Shown: positions 1-10,718 of the stretch, in pieces | How positions within the stretch are numbered: the first letter of the stretch is position 1 | How the letters are laid out: every line of letters begins with the position of its first letter | Assembly (NCBI GenBank): GCA_031550405.1 | Contig: JAVBOP010000049.1 | Location: 1-42,147 of the forward strand | Length of the DNA: 42,147 nt | Origin: Candidatus Kapaibacterium sp. | GTDB lineage: Bacteria; Bacteroidota; Ignavibacteria; Kapaibacteriales; UBA2268 | Reading direction: 5' to 3' | The notes under the pieces: generated by a model | Database searches by the model: none | Told to the model about the DNA's origin: nothing | What the model saw: only the letters and a program-made list of their open reading frames with translations | Translations under genes and position numbers: made by a program

Positions 1-1613
1 TCAAAATATCCGGGTCGTTCCTTTATAACCTGCTTGAAAAATTCATTGCCATAGCCGCTGCTGCCAGGGCTTCTGCCTTTGTTCTTATTGACGTCGTTGA
101 TGTAGCCATCGTTATATTTCATCACCATTTTATGCCACAACACCGTCCACGCATCCATAGTATTCTGCGCCTGCGCATTGGAATATTCCGTCAAATACTC
201 TATCCCCAAATTGCGGTCACTTTTTAGCAAATCCACCGCTGCACGCTCTATTGCCGGCTGGTATGCGATATACTTATCCTCAAGCTTGACCTGCACCTCC
301 TGTATGTCCTTGATGGCATAAGAATACTTTTGATAGGCTATATTTGCTACCAAATTAAACACCCATACGGCAGAATTGAGGTTGAAATCAGCAATATCGG
401 CATTACGGAAGCACTCAGGCGCCTTAGTGATTGAGCAATAAAGAGGCGTATACACTGTTGAATAGTTATCATCCACGCCATACCACAGCACGCCGCCAAC
501 CTCGCGGGGCATATTGCTGCGCATTTGAGCAACAAAGGAAAAAGCCGTCTGTTGCGTTGATATAGGGCGCTCCCAAGCATAGCCTGTGGTATCGCCTTCT
601 ATCTTAAATCCAAGAGGCTTCCAGCGGTATGGACATCCATAAGGTCCTGCCGCCAAGCCCTTTGTCATATCGAACTCCGTGTCTTCAAAATGGTCGCGCA
701 TCAAGGCATATACATCTTTCAAATTTAGCTTCTTATCTGGCTTTATGGAGAATGGATACGGCTCAGCACCCATTACCGCTGTGAAATAGTCCGCCGAGAG
801 GTTCAGCGATGGTGCTGCACGCCTGTATGCACTCCAGACTCTGCCTTCACATGCAAACAAGCCGCTTGGAATTGCAGGGTCATAGCAATCAGCAAATGAA
901 AACATAACGCCCTTTTTGCTATCCCAGTATCCCATTTTCTCTGCAAAAGACATAACATCGGGCGAATACATACATTCATCTTTATTGTCAGTGATATTTC
1001 TAATTCTTGCCTTATTGGCGTGCATTGCTATATGTCCGTCCGGCACCCGCTTTGCCGCCCATACAGCACCTTTTTCCTTGCCGCCTTTGCCAATGATTTC
1101 AAATACCCATGCCTCGTTGGGATCTACAAATGACATTGATTCGCCTCCGCTGTGATAACCGTATTCCGCAACCAGCTCCGACATCACTTTAATAGCCTCG
1201 CGAGCAGTTTTAGCACGCTGCAAGGTGATATATATCAGCGAGCCGTAATCCAGTATACCTGTCGTATCCGTAAGCTCTTCACGCCCGCCAAACGTGGTTT
1301 CAGCAATAGATAGCTGCCATTCATTCATATTGCCGACAACGCGGTATGTTTCTTTTGCCTGCTTGATTTTGCCAAGATATTTCATCCATCCCGAATCCCA
1401 TTCGTATATTGGTATGGAGTCATTATCGCCGTGCTTGCCACCCTCGTGGAAGTATAATGGCTCCATAAAACCACCAGCATCGGCAGTATATGTCAGCATA
1501 GTGGAGCCGTCGGCTGCGGCACCTTTTGTAACCAGCAAATTTGTACAGGCACTTGCATTTTCAGCACTTATGGCAATACAGGCTGCAACAATAATTGATA
1601 ATATTTTTTTCAT
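1..1613 (-). CDS. Secreted C69-family (PepD-like) cysteine dipeptidase; 3' end runs off the left window edge
   Basis: Uninterrupted minus-strand frame from ATG at 1613..1611 to the window edge. It has no in-window stop, which probably explains its absence from the ORF track. My translation starts MKKILSIIVAACIAISAENASA/CTNLLVTKGAAADGSTMLTYTADAGGF..., a signal peptide exposing the N-terminal Cys nucleophile typical of peptidase C69. Later blocks include GGESMSFVDPNEAWVFEI and VLWYGVDDNYSTVYTPLY. Confidence 0.8.
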   Translation of the reverse strand, partial: MKKILSIIVAACIAISAENASACTNLLVTKGAAADGSTMLTYTADAGGFMEPLYFHEGGKHGDNDSIPIYEWDSGWMKYLGKIKQAKETYRVVGNMNEWQLSIAETTFGGREELTDTTGILDYGSLIYITLQRAKTAREAIKVMSELVAEYGYHSGGESMSFVDPNEAWVFEIIGKGGKEKGAVWAAKRVPDGHIAMHANKARIRNITDNKDECMYSPDVMSFAEKMGYWDSKKGVMFSFADCYDPAIPSGLFACEGRVWSAYRRAAPSLNLSADYFTAVMGAEPYPFSIKPDKKLNLKDVYALMRDHFEDTEFDMTKGLAAGPYGCPYRWKPLGFKIEGDTTGYAWERPISTQQTAFSFVAQMRSNMPREVGGVLWYGVDDNYSTVYTPLYCSITKAPECFRNADIADFNLNSAVWVFNLVANIAYQKYSYAIKDIQEVQVKLEDKYIAYQPAIERAAVDLLKSDRNLGIEYLTEYSNAQAQNTMDAWTVLWHKMVMKYNDGYINDVNKNKGRSPGSSGYGNEFFKQVIKERPGYF

Positions 1614-1759
1614 TTTCCGCCTTGAAAAATAATTCATAGATAAAAAGACAAGTTGCAATATACAAATTAATTGCGAATTGACAGGATAATGGGGATATTA
1701 AATTCAGGCGACAGCACTAAACATAAAAAACAGGGAGAATATAAGTCGTTCGTTTTTGC

Positions 1760-1767
1760 TATATTTG
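1760..1767 (+). promoter_or_regulatory. Candidate -7 box TATATTTG upstream of the DUF4139 gene
   Basis: TAnnTTTG match 56 nt upstream of ATG 1823. Confidence 0.25.
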
Positions 1768-1822
1768 TATGATGAAATTATAAGTTAAGTATGATAAAAA
1801 TTATAACAACAGGAAATATTTT

Positions 1823-3223
1823 ATGAGACATTACATTGGACTGCTGCTGGTGGCGCTCATTAGTGTTGCGGCAAGTGCACAGGAGAATCAAAAATCTGTC
1901 AGCGTTACGATTTATAACAGCAATTTTGGCGTGATTAAGGATGTTCGAGAAATTGATTTGAGCAAGGGAATGAACACGGTCAAGATTGTGGATGTGGCTT
2001 CACAGCTTGATCCAACGAGCGTTTTGATTAAATTGCCTGCTCATGTTGTGGAGCAAAATTATCAATATGATCTGATCAATTTTGACAAAGTTTTAGCGAG
2101 ATATATTGACAAGGAAATTACGGTTACTTTGCAGGATAAATCAACTGTCACTGGCGTTCTGCTGTCTGCTTCAGGCATGCAAGTTACGATAAGACAGAAG
2201 GATGGCGGGCTTATCATGCTCCCGAATATTTATGATGCGCAGGTTAGAGTGCCGAATCTGCCTGAGGGCTTAATTACGCGCCCTACGCTCGTTTGGACGA
2301 TTTATTCGGAGGATGCAGGCAAAAAGACAGCGGAATTGAGCTATCAGGCGAGCAATATGTCATGGACGGCAGAATATGTTGCGGAATTGAATAATGATGA
2401 CACGAAAATGAATTTAAATTCATGGGTAACTGTAACTAATAATTCTGGTGGAACTTACAACGATGCCCAGCTGAAATTAATCGCAGGTGAAGTGAACCGC
2501 TTGCAAAGGGCTAAAACTGACTTGCGTAGCTATGCCAAACATGCTAATGATATGCTTATGGAAGCGGCGCCTGATTATGGTGGTTTTGAAGAGAAAGAAT
2601 TTTTTGAATATCATTTGTATGACTTGGGGCGGAAGACTACACTAAATAATAATGAAAGCAAGCAGATAGCCTTATTCAATGCAAATGATATCAATATAGA
2701 TTTAAAATATAAAGTGGCAACGGGCAGCAATTATTATCAGTCTGAACCGCAAAAAAAAGATGTGAATATTGTTGCAGAATTTAAGAATAGCAAGGAGAAT
2801 AACCTCGGTCTTCCAATGCCTCAAGGGCGTATTCGTGTGAATAAATCTGATGGGAAATCGCTGGAATTTATTGGCGAGGACAGGATTCGCCACACGCCAA
2901 AAGACGAAATTATAAAGCTGAATATTGGCAAGGCATTCGATGTTGTCGTTGAAGAAAGTTTTATTGAACACAAGCAGGTCAGCGATAAAGTGAATGAGTA
3001 TGAGTATGAAATTTCCGCCCGTAACCGTAAGTCCAATAAAAACATAGAGATAGATTTTGAAACGCTTATCACATATTACAACACGAACTGGGAAATATTG
3101 AAGCTTGATTACAAGTGGGAAAAAAAATCAGCTAATATGATAGCCTACAAAGTTCCCATCAAAGCAGGCGAAGAAAAGAAGTTCAGGCTGCGTATCCGCA
3201 CAACTTCAAAAGACAAAAAATAG
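1823..3223 (+). CDS. DUF4140/DUF4139 domain protein (MuiA-like), secreted
   Basis: 466-aa ORF with a signal peptide (AASAQ). The N-terminal pattern VSVTIYNSNFGVIKDVREIDLSKGMNTVKIVDVASQLDPTSV fits DUF4140. The central block SWTAEYVAEL...LNSWVTVTNNSGGTYNDAQLKLIAGEVN fits DUF4139. Confidence 0.65.
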   Translation: MRHYIGLLLVALISVAASAQENQKSVSVTIYNSNFGVIKDVREIDLSKGMNTVKIVDVASQLDPTSVLIKLPAHVVEQNYQYDLINFDKVLARYIDKEITVTLQDKSTVTGVLLSASGMQVTIRQKDGGLIMLPNIYDAQVRVPNLPEGLITRPTLVWTIYSEDAGKKTAELSYQASNMSWTAEYVAELNNDDTKMNLNSWVTVTNNSGGTYNDAQLKLIAGEVNRLQRAKTDLRSYAKHANDMLMEAAPDYGGFEEKEFFEYHLYDLGRKTTLNNNESKQIALFNANDINIDLKYKVATGSNYYQSEPQKKDVNIVAEFKNSKENNLGLPMPQGRIRVNKSDGKSLEFIGEDRIRHTPKDEIIKLNIGKAFDVVVEESFIEHKQVSDKVNEYEYEISARNRKSNKNIEIDFETLITYYNTNWEILKLDYKWEKKSANMIAYKVPIKAGEEKKFRLRIRTTSKDKK

Positions 3224-3254
3224 GAAGGAAAATCACCAGCGACACAAATATAGT

Positions 3255-5450
3255 ATGATGAAATATATATTACTTACAATTTTATTGCTGCTTTTGCCAG
3301 AAGCTTTGATGGCTAATATCGAAGGTAAAATAATGGGTGAGGATGAAAACCGCTCCACCATTCCATTGCCTAATGCGCGAATTATGGCGCTGCCGTCGAA
3401 AAAAGGCAGTTTCTCTGATAAAAATGGCAAATTCAGTATACAGCCGGAAAAAGATGACAGCTTGGTCATAATTTCGCTAATTGGTTATAAACATGATACC
3501 TTACAAATTGCAAACATCAAGAATAATGAAGAAATTTTAATAAAACTATCCACGATTGTTCTTGATGCCGTAAACGTTTCTGGCGACAAATATTCGCAAA
3601 GCATCGGCTTTTTCGAAGGCGCGAAAACGGAGACTATTTCTACTCGCGGCTTGCAAAAAGCAGCGTGTTGCAATTTGTCTGAAAGTTTTACAACCAATCC
3701 TTCGGTCGATATTCAGTACAGTGATGCTGTAACCGGCGCTAAGCGTATTCAATTGCTTGGCTTACAAAGCATTTATTCGCAAATTTTGGCGGAAAATATT
3801 CCTGTCATGCGCGGCGTGGCTTCGATTTATGGCTTTAGTTTTGTGCCGGGTCCATGGCTCGAATCCATTTCTATTGCGAAAGGTGCGTCATCCGTGAAAA
3901 ATGGCTTTGAGAGTATTTCCGGGCTTATTGGCATTGATTTCAAAAAGCCGGGCGACGGCAATCCCACTTTTTTGAATTTATATGCCGATGATATGGCAAT
4001 GATTGAATTTAATGCCGATCACACTGTTAAATTTTCCGATAATCTTGCTACCACGTTTTTCCTCCATGCCAATGATTTATTCACCGAAAACGACCATAAT
4101 GGCGACAATTTTCTGGATAAGCCAATGGGGCAGCAGATTAATTTTATGAACCGCTGGTCGAAAACGAGCGAATTTTGGAATAATTTTACAGGAATCAATA
4201 TAGTTTATGACAATAAAGAGGGCGGACAAAAGGGATATTTTAAGGATAACCAAACGGATTTATATGGTTTGAATATCAGGACAAACCGCTATAACCTGTA
4301 TACAAAGAATGGGTTTATACTGAATGACGATGGAATGAATATTGGAACAATTTTGGATTTCACGCACCACAGGCAAAGTTCATTTTATGGGCATAGGAAT
4401 TATGATGCCGAGCAAAATTCGTTTTACGCAAGCGTTATGTTCCAGACTCCAACCTTTGCAGCGGACAAAATCACAGTCGGCGCAAGTTACCAATATGACA
4501 ACTATTTGGAGGCTTTGAGCGATGTGAATTATGATGATCTGGTAACAATACCGGGAGTTTTTGCCGAATATTCATTTTCTCAATTTGAGGATTTGAACGT
4601 GCTTTTGGGCTTGCGTACCGATTTTCCAAATGGCTTTGATATTTTCATATCGCCGCGTATCCATGCGAAATACAATATTAACGAAAATTTAATTATTGCA
4701 GCATCTGCCGGCAAAGGTTTTAGAATTGCGCGAGTTATCGCTGAAAATTCCGGCTATTTGGCAAGCAGCCGTAACTTCATTATTGCCGATAGCTTAAAAC
4801 TTGAAGAGGCATGGAATTATGGTGCAAATTTCACATATTCCTTTAAAATAGCTGATGTTCCATTTGATTTGAACGGAGAGTTTTATCGTACTGATTTTAT
4901 AAATCAAGTAGTTATAGATTTAGACATGAATCCGCAGGAAGTGCATTTTTATAATTTGGCAGGCGATTCTTATTCTAACAGCTATCAAATTGATTTAACT
5001 GCCCAGCCGATAAAGGACTTTTTCATAACAGCGGCATATCGCATAAATGATGTAAGGACAACAACAGATAACCTGCTGCAAAATAAGGCTTTACAGAGCC
5101 GCGAGAAGGCATTTTTGAATTTGCAGTATACAACGGATATGAAGGAATGGGCTTTCGATTTGACATTTGACTATAGCGGAAAAGGCAGAATTCCAAGCAC
5201 CGCAGGCAATCCTGAGGAATATCAAATGGCAGAAATGTTCGACCCGTTTTTATTGATAAATGCCCAGATTACAAAGAGTTTCGGCGATTTAGATATTTAT
5301 TTAGGCGCTGAAAATATTACAGGCTTCAAGCAGGAGCATCCTATCATTTCGTCAGACAACCCATTTGGACAGTATTTTGATGCTTCGCTCATCTGGGGAC
5401 CAATCACTGGTCGCCACATCTACTTAGGCATGCGGTATAGCTTTTGGTAG
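3255..5450 (+). CDS. TonB-dependent outer-membrane receptor with N-terminal CarboxypepD_reg-like domain
   Basis: 731-aa ORF with a signal peptide. It has a carboxypeptidase-regulatory-like N-domain (GKIMGED...KNGKFSI...ISLIGYKHDTL) and a plug region (KAACCNLSESFTTNPSVDIQYSDAVTGAKRIQLLGL). The long beta-barrel ends in an aromatic residue (GMRYSFW). Confidence 0.8.
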   Translation: MMKYILLTILLLLLPEALMANIEGKIMGEDENRSTIPLPNARIMALPSKKGSFSDKNGKFSIQPEKDDSLVIISLIGYKHDTLQIANIKNNEEILIKLSTIVLDAVNVSGDKYSQSIGFFEGAKTETISTRGLQKAACCNLSESFTTNPSVDIQYSDAVTGAKRIQLLGLQSIYSQILAENIPVMRGVASIYGFSFVPGPWLESISIAKGASSVKNGFESISGLIGIDFKKPGDGNPTFLNLYADDMAMIEFNADHTVKFSDNLATTFFLHANDLFTENDHNGDNFLDKPMGQQINFMNRWSKTSEFWNNFTGINIVYDNKEGGQKGYFKDNQTDLYGLNIRTNRYNLYTKNGFILNDDGMNIGTILDFTHHRQSSFYGHRNYDAEQNSFYASVMFQTPTFAADKITVGASYQYDNYLEALSDVNYDDLVTIPGVFAEYSFSQFEDLNVLLGLRTDFPNGFDIFISPRIHAKYNINENLIIAASAGKGFRIARVIAENSGYLASSRNFIIADSLKLEEAWNYGANFTYSFKIADVPFDLNGEFYRTDFINQVVIDLDMNPQEVHFYNLAGDSYSNSYQIDLTAQPIKDFFITAAYRINDVRTTTDNLLQNKALQSREKAFLNLQYTTDMKEWAFDLTFDYSGKGRIPSTAGNPEEYQMAEMFDPFLLINAQITKSFGDLDIYLGAENITGFKQEHPIISSDNPFGQYFDASLIWGPITGRHIYLGMRYSFW

Positions 5451-5479
5451 CAATCCATTGCTTTCGATATATACATACA

Positions 5480-5501
5480 TTTCTGAATATTTTTTCAGAA
5501 A
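5480..5501. promoter_or_regulatory. Variant palindrome TTTCTGAA-N6-TTCAGAAA
   Basis: tttctgaatattttttcagaaa. It has the same geometry as the TTTATGAA-N6-TTCATAAA sites, with a symmetric A-to-C / T-to-G change. It lies about 200 nt upstream of the glutathione peroxidase gene. Confidence 0.35.
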
Positions 5502-5705
5502 ATTTGCATGTTAATACTTGGCAAGAAACAAACAGCTGGATAACAGTATTTTCGCACAAACTCTTTTTGCTAAATGAACAATATTTCGTTGAATAATACC
5601 ATTTTTTATAAATATCATATCCTGTTCTCTACATAAATTCATTGATAATTTATATTTTTTTTGTTATCTTGCATGTATTAAATCATAACAAATTTGAGAC
5701 AGATA

Positions 5706-6251
5706 ATGATAGCAAAATTATTAAAATTATTTTTATGTATATATGCAACATGCTTTCCAGCTTTACTTTTAGCTCAAACCAACGGTTTTTATGAACTGAA
5801 ATTTAACTCAATATCAGGCGATACGGTGAATTTTAGCAGTTTTAAAGGTAAAAAAGTACTTATTGTCAATACCGCATCTAAATGTGGCTATACTCCGCAA
5901 TTTAAGGATTTAGAGGAACTTAGCAATAAATATAAGGAAAAATTGATAGTTATAGGGTTTCCTTCCAATGATTTTGGACAGCAGGATCCCGGAACAAATA
6001 GCGAAATACAAGCTTTTTGTGAGGAAAATTATGGAGTAACTTTTTTGATGATGGAAAAATCACAAGTGAAAGGCGAAAACAAAAATTTTGTTTATAAATG
6101 GATTACAAATAACAAACTTAATGCTAAAGCTGTAGCAGAGCCTAATTGGAATTTTTGCAAATATTTGATTGATGAAAACGGCAATCTGGTAGCTGCCTTT
6201 TCTTCAAAAATCTCGCCTATGAGCGAAGAAATTACATCGTATTTAAAATAG
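5706..6251 (+). CDS. Glutathione peroxidase (Cys-type, exported)
   Basis: Motifs [21 protein letters not shown] and WNFCKYLI form the GPx catalytic triad context. An N-terminal signal peptide is present. I prefer ATG 5706 to the TTG at 5694 used in the ORF track. Confidence 0.85.
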   Translation: MIAKLLKLFLCIYATCFPALLLAQTNGFYELKFNSISGDTVNFSSFKGKKVLIVNTASKCGYTPQFKDLEELSNKYKEKLIVIGFPSNDFGQQDPGTNSEIQAFCEENYGVTFLMMEKSQVKGENKNFVYKWITNNKLNAKAVAEPNWNFCKYLIDENGNLVAAFSSKISPMSEEITSYLK

Positions 6252-6343
6252 AGGCGCAAATATTTTTCCTATCCTGCACATGTAAAAAATGGAAAATTGC
6301 TCTACATTTTTATGAATATTTTTTAATAAATGCTTTGCAAAAT

Positions 6344-7135
6344 ATGAATACAGATTGTCTAATTATAGCAAATAAGGAGTTTAACTCCAGACTATTTCTA
6401 GGCACCGGAAAATTTTCATCGAATCATTTGATGCGTCAGGCAATATTGGCGGCTCAAACCGAAATGGTTACGGTTGCCATGAAACGTGTCAATATTAATG
6501 CGCAGGAAGATGATATTTTGCAATATGTTATCAATCCAAATGTGCAGATTTTGCCCAATACTTCTGGCGTGCGAAATGCCAAGGAAGCTGTTTTTGCAGC
6601 ACAGCTCGCGCGGGAGGCAACAGACACTAACTGGCTTAAATTAGAAATACATCCGGATGCCAAATATCTTCTTCCAGACCCAATTGAAACTTTAAAAGCA
6701 ACAGAGGAGCTTGCTAAACTTGGTTTTATTGTCATGCCTTATGTTCAGGCGGATCCTGTCCTATGCAAGATGCTCGAAGAAGCTGGTGCAGCAAGTGTTA
6801 TGCCGCTCGGCTCGCCTATTGGCAGCAATAAGGGCTTGAAAACTAAGGAGATGCTGAAAATTATTATTGAGCAAAGTAATATTCCCGTCGTTGTTGACGC
6901 TGGCATTGGCTCTCCTTCGCACGCTGCCAAAGCGATGGAATTAGGAGCGGATGCGGTGCTTGTAAACACGGCAATTGCGGTTGCAGGAGCTCCCGTTGAA
7001 ATGGCAAAGGCCTTCGCCTTAGCGGTTGCAGCGGGGCGTATGGCTTATAAATCGGAGCTTGCCTCTCCATTAAACACAGCTGAAGCCAGCAGTCCGCTAA
7101 CTTCTTTTTTAGATGTAGATAAAATTTTAGGTTAG
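6344..7135 (+). CDS. thiG: Thiazole synthase ThiG
   Basis: Motifs [21 protein letters not shown] (Schiff-base Lys context), [14 protein letters not shown] and [31 protein letters not shown] prefer ATG 6344 to TTG 6335. Confidence 0.9.
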   Translation: MNTDCLIIANKEFNSRLFLGTGKFSSNHLMRQAILAAQTEMVTVAMKRVNINAQEDDILQYVINPNVQILPNTSGVRNAKEAVFAAQLAREATDTNWLKLEIHPDAKYLLPDPIETLKATEELAKLGFIVMPYVQADPVLCKMLEEAGAASVMPLGSPIGSNKGLKTKEMLKIIIEQSNIPVVVDAGIGSPSHAAKAMELGADAVLVNTAIAVAGAPVEMAKAFALAVAAGRMAYKSELASPLNTAEASSPLTSFLDVDKILG

Positions 7136-7371
7136 AAAAAAAACAGCTTCTCTATAGGCGTATCTATATTAAAATCAACTAAGTTACATGTTAATTACGG
7201 TATTGGCATTATGATAATATAGAAAAATATTTATTAAATTAATAAACCAATTTGATATATGTACGTATTTATTATAATCATAAAAATTAAATTCAAACTT
7301 ATATCTGAATTGATACAAATCACGAAAGCAATTAACAAAATTTAAATAACAATATTATCATTATCAAAAAT

Positions 7372-7776
7372 ATGAAAGACACAAAAAATAAAAAAAACTA
7401 CAGAACATCTGACTCTCTATTGGCTGATATAGAAAAGAAAAATAGACGAGATGATTGTTCGGAACTTGCAGAATTAATGCAAAGCATCTTAAATACTGAG
7501 CCTCAATTATGGTCTAATAATATAATTAGCTTTGGTGGTTATAAAAGCAATAATGGCAAGGGTATATATGATTATTTCTGGGCAGGTTTTACTTCCGTAA
7601 AGAGATCATTAGTTATTTATCTTGCTGCAGATTTTGAGGAAAAAGAAAATAAAAATTTGTTAAAAAATATAGGTAAATGCAAAATCGGCGTATCCAGTAT
7701 ATATATAAATAAATTAACAGATATAGACAAATCCATTCTCAAAACACTGATTGAAAGATCAAAAATAACAGCTTAA
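7372..7776 (+). CDS. DUF1801 (YdhG-like) domain protein
   Basis: 134-aa ORF. The pattern EPQLWSNNIISFGGYKS..GK...FWAGFTSVKRSLVIYL resembles DUF1801 family proteins. Confidence 0.5.
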   Translation: MKDTKNKKNYRTSDSLLADIEKKNRRDDCSELAELMQSILNTEPQLWSNNIISFGGYKSNNGKGIYDYFWAGFTSVKRSLVIYLAADFEEKENKNLLKNIGKCKIGVSSIYINKLTDIDKSILKTLIERSKITA

Positions 7777-7813
7777 CTACTAATGTAATGTTTATTATTT
7801 TTGCTTTCAAATA

Positions 7814-7857
7814 AAAAAATGCTGTGATATTTTATGGTATCGCAGCATTTTTTTTTG
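7814..7857. terminator. Bidirectional terminator between convergent DUF1801 gene and 7892..8365
   Basis: atgctgtgata pairs with tatcgcagcat (one G-U). An A-run lies on the left and a T-run on the right. Confidence 0.7.
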
Positions 7858-7891
7858 TTGTTTACTTAAATTTATCCAGTTAAGCTAAAAG

Positions 7892-8365
7892 TTAATTAAA
7901 ATATTCTTCTGAAAAATCATCGAAGCGAAGATTGGAAACAATTAATCCTAAATCAGGTGAACGATAAAATGTCAATTCCCAGCGAGTTGGATATTTTTGA
8001 TGCAAGCTAAGTATGTTGATTCTATGATAATTATTGCCGGCAGATTTAAAATTAATTATCTCATATTTTTTTATATTGCCGTACATATCAATGGAACGTT
8101 GCAGCTGCTTTAAAATATTTTTATAATCATCATCTTTACCGGCAATGGGACTTGTTTGCAGCAGTTTCTCCACCGCAGGGCGATAATTTTTTTTAATAAT
8201 TTCTGCAAAAAAGTTATCAACAATATTTTTTATGTCGTCAGGAATATTAACATCCAAAGCATTTGCTGCCTTAACGTTATCTTTCTGCAATGCGCCTCTA
8301 TCTTGTGCAGTAGCAGGAGTATTGAGTAATAACAAAAGAACGAATAAAAATGAAAATTTATTCAT
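7892..8365 (-). CDS. Secreted hypothetical protein
   Basis: 157-aa ORF with a signal peptide (LLLLNTPATAQD). I recognise no family. Confidence 0.55.
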   Translation of the reverse strand: MNKFSFLFVLLLLLNTPATAQDRGALQKDNVKAANALDVNIPDDIKNIVDNFFAEIIKKNYRPAVEKLLQTSPIAGKDDDYKNILKQLQRSIDMYGNIKKYEIINFKSAGNNYHRINILSLHQKYPTRWELTFYRSPDLGLIVSNLRFDDFSEEYFN

Positions 8366-8385
8366 AATTGCACCTCTATATTATT

Positions 8386-9171
8386 TTAAATTAATTTTTT
8401 CAGTTCGGAAATTTCCTGTCTGTTAAGAAAACGGTATTTGCCGCGAGGTAAGCCTTTGGTAGATAAATTGTGATAATATTTTCTGTCAAGAGATTTTACT
8501 TCATATCCAACGGCTTCAAAAATGCGCTTTACTTCGTGATTTTTTCCTTCTGCAATTTCGAGAATTACCTTGGATTTATCTTCAGGGTTTATACTTACAT
8601 TACATGGCGAGCTTGTTTCATTTTCATCAAGTTTCAATCCTGCAGCAATTTTTTCAGCATCAATAATTTTCAGCGGCTTATCCAATTTTGCATTATAAAC
8701 TCTCGAAATTTTATATCGCGGATGGGTCAAACGATTGGCAAGCTCACCGTCGTTTGTCAGCAAAAGCACGCCTGTGGTATTTCTATCCAAACGACCGACA
8801 GGAAAAACTCGCTCACGCAGCTTAACGATATCCATAACGGTTTTGCGCCTTTTCTCGTCGCTTGTAGTTGTTATGCAATTTTTAGGTTTGTTCAAAAGCA
8901 CATACAAGTGATTGTGGGTTACATAAATCGGATCGCCATTAACTGTAACGAAATCGCTATATTTTATTTTTGTTCCCAGCTCTAAGACAACGTTTTTATT
9001 GACCTTAACAGCGCCAGCAGCAATGAGTTCATCAGCTTTGCGGCGAGAAACCAATCCTGCTTCTGAGATATATTTATTTAGCCTGACCTCATTATTTTCA
9101 ATCTGCTTGCCACTGGGCTCCTTTTTCTTATATACTTTTGCTTTTGCGGCGCTCTGTTTTTTTCTTTGCAT
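8386..9171 (-). CDS. rluB: Pseudouridine synthase, RsuA/RluB family (S4 domain plus catalytic GRLD)
   Basis: Lys-rich N-terminus and an S4 RNA-binding motif (RLNKYISEAGLVSRRKADELI). Catalytic motif PVGRLDRNTTGVLLLTNDGELANRLTHP. Confidence 0.8.
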   Translation of the reverse strand: MQRKKQSAAKAKVYKKKEPSGKQIENNEVRLNKYISEAGLVSRRKADELIAAGAVKVNKNVVLELGTKIKYSDFVTVNGDPIYVTHNHLYVLLNKPKNCITTTSDEKRRKTVMDIVKLRERVFPVGRLDRNTTGVLLLTNDGELANRLTHPRYKISRVYNAKLDKPLKIIDAEKIAAGLKLDENETSSPCNVSINPEDKSKVILEIAEGKNHEVKRIFEAVGYEVKSLDRKYYHNLSTKGLPRGKYRFLNRQEISELKKLI

Positions 9172-9280
9172 AACTCAAATATACGAAATTTATGGCAACT
9201 TTGCTGCGTGTAGAGTCAAGATTTCCTGCATTTATCAACCATTAGATATTATTTATTCAAATTATTTTGTATATTTGAAA

Positions 9281-9829
9281 ATGGCAAAAGCAATGTTGCG
9301 GGGAATGAAAATATTATTTGCGATTTTTATGCTTGGATGCAGTCATACCGAGAATGCAAAGCCTGAAATAGCGCAAATACCTGATGATACGCTTGCGCCT
9401 GACCAAATCAGCTATAACCTTAAAATTGATTTTGTTGATTCATCTTTTACCAAAGCGGTGCTTACTGCGCGGCGCGGCAGGATATTTGCCAAAGAAAACT
9501 ATTCACTGCTTGATAGCGGTGTGAAAGTTACTTTTTTTTCCACAAGTGGCGGAATTTCTGGGGTTTTGACGGCTGATGAAGTGAATGTTGACGAAATAAC
9601 CAAGAATATGTTTGCCAAAGGAAATGTGGTTGTGGTTTCTGATAGCACGAAATCAAGGCTCGAAACATCTGAAATGGAGTGGAAAAATAAGGACAGAAAA
9701 CTGTACTCCGATGCTTTTGTTTGCATAACTACTCCAAAGGAGATTATACAAGGCTACGGTTTTATTTCTGATGAAAATTTAAGTAACTATAAGATTTTTA
9801 AAGTAAGTGGAGTTATGAGCAATGAATAA
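9281..9829 (+). CDS. lptC: LptC-like LPS export periplasmic lipoprotein
   Basis: The real start is probably ATG 9281 or 9305 (MKILFAIFMLGCS lipobox), because the first 280 nt of track ORF 8999..9829 overlap rluB antisense. The body (ISYNLKIDFVD...ARRGRIF...VKVTFFS...ADEVNVDEITKNMFAKGNVVV...MEWKNKDRKLYSD) is LptC-like. The 3' end overlaps the tpiA start by 8 nt. Confidence 0.6.
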   Translation: MAKAMLRGMKILFAIFMLGCSHTENAKPEIAQIPDDTLAPDQISYNLKIDFVDSSFTKAVLTARRGRIFAKENYSLLDSGVKVTFFSTSGGISGVLTADEVNVDEITKNMFAKGNVVVVSDSTKSRLETSEMEWKNKDRKLYSDAFVCITTPKEIIQGYGFISDENLSNYKIFKVSGVMSNE

Positions 9830-10616
9830 ATTCATTATTGCAGGAAATTGGAAAATGAATATGAATGCCAATGCGGGAGAAGCTTTGGCAGAGAGTATCA
9901 ATTCGAAATTAAATGAAAAAAAATTCATAATTACTGAAAATATTAAGGAAAATATTAGAATTATTGTTTGTCCTCCATTTGTAACTATTCCAACCGTTGC
10001 AAATAAGCTAAACTCCTTAAATAACACGATTTATCTCGGAGCGCAAAATTGTTATTATGAGCCTAAAGGTGCGTTTACCGGTGAAGTTTCTATCGAAATG
10101 CTGAAATCCGCTGGGTGCGAATATACTATTATCGGACATTCCGAGCGGCGTTCCATTTTTGGCGAAAACGACGAATTAATTAACAAGAAACTGCTTGCAC
10201 TGCTTGCAAACAATATGCTGCCCATTCTATGTATTGGCGAATTGCTCGAAGAACGCCAGTCTGGATATACTTTCAATGTGCTGGAACGCCAGCTTGACAA
10301 TTGTTTAAAAGGTGTTAATAAAGAACAAATAGTTGATATTGTTATAGCTTATGAACCGGTATGGGCAATAGGAACTGGAATTTCGGCAACCGCAAATGAA
10401 ATTGTAGAAGCGCATGACTGGCTGCGAAATTATTTCATAAAGCACTACGGCGCACAAGGCGAAAATGTGTTTTTGCTTTACGGCGGCAGTTTAAACGATG
10501 CAAATGCCAGCGAAATTTTTGCTATTGAAAATGTAAATGGCGGGCTGATAGGCGGCGCTTCATTAGACGCCGATAAATTTACCTCAATCGTTATCTCCGC
10601 ATCTCAACTGCTATAG
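9822..10616 (+). CDS. tpiA: Triosephosphate isomerase
   Basis: Motifs IIAGNWKMN, IIGHSERR, AYEPVWAIGTG and LYGGSL. Confidence 0.95.
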   Translation: MNKFIIAGNWKMNMNANAGEALAESINSKLNEKKFIITENIKENIRIIVCPPFVTIPTVANKLNSLNNTIYLGAQNCYYEPKGAFTGEVSIEMLKSAGCEYTIIGHSERRSIFGENDELINKKLLALLANNMLPILCIGELLEERQSGYTFNVLERQLDNCLKGVNKEQIVDIVIAYEPVWAIGTGISATANEIVEAHDWLRNYFIKHYGAQGENVFLLYGGSLNDANASEIFAIENVNGGLIGGASLDADKFTSIVISASQLL

Positions 10617-10718
10617 CTTGGGAAGAGATTTTTGTCTTCCGCGTCTGGTGAAATATTAAAATCGTACAGACAAATAAATAGCACCAACATCTGACTTTGA
10701 AATTACATACTAAATTTA

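Noticed and set aside
6252-6343. TPP riboswitch upstream of thiG.
   Set aside because: No thi-box (CUGAGA ... ACCUGAUCUGGAUAAUGCCAGCG-like) sequence is present. The spacer is AT-rich and contains only the palindrome motif.
8470-9280. Track ORF 8470..8985 (+) and the first 94 codons of track ORF 8999..9829 (+).
   Set aside because: Both are antisense to the well-supported pseudouridine synthase gene. The LptC-like protein starts at its lipoprotein signal (ATG 9281 or 9305).
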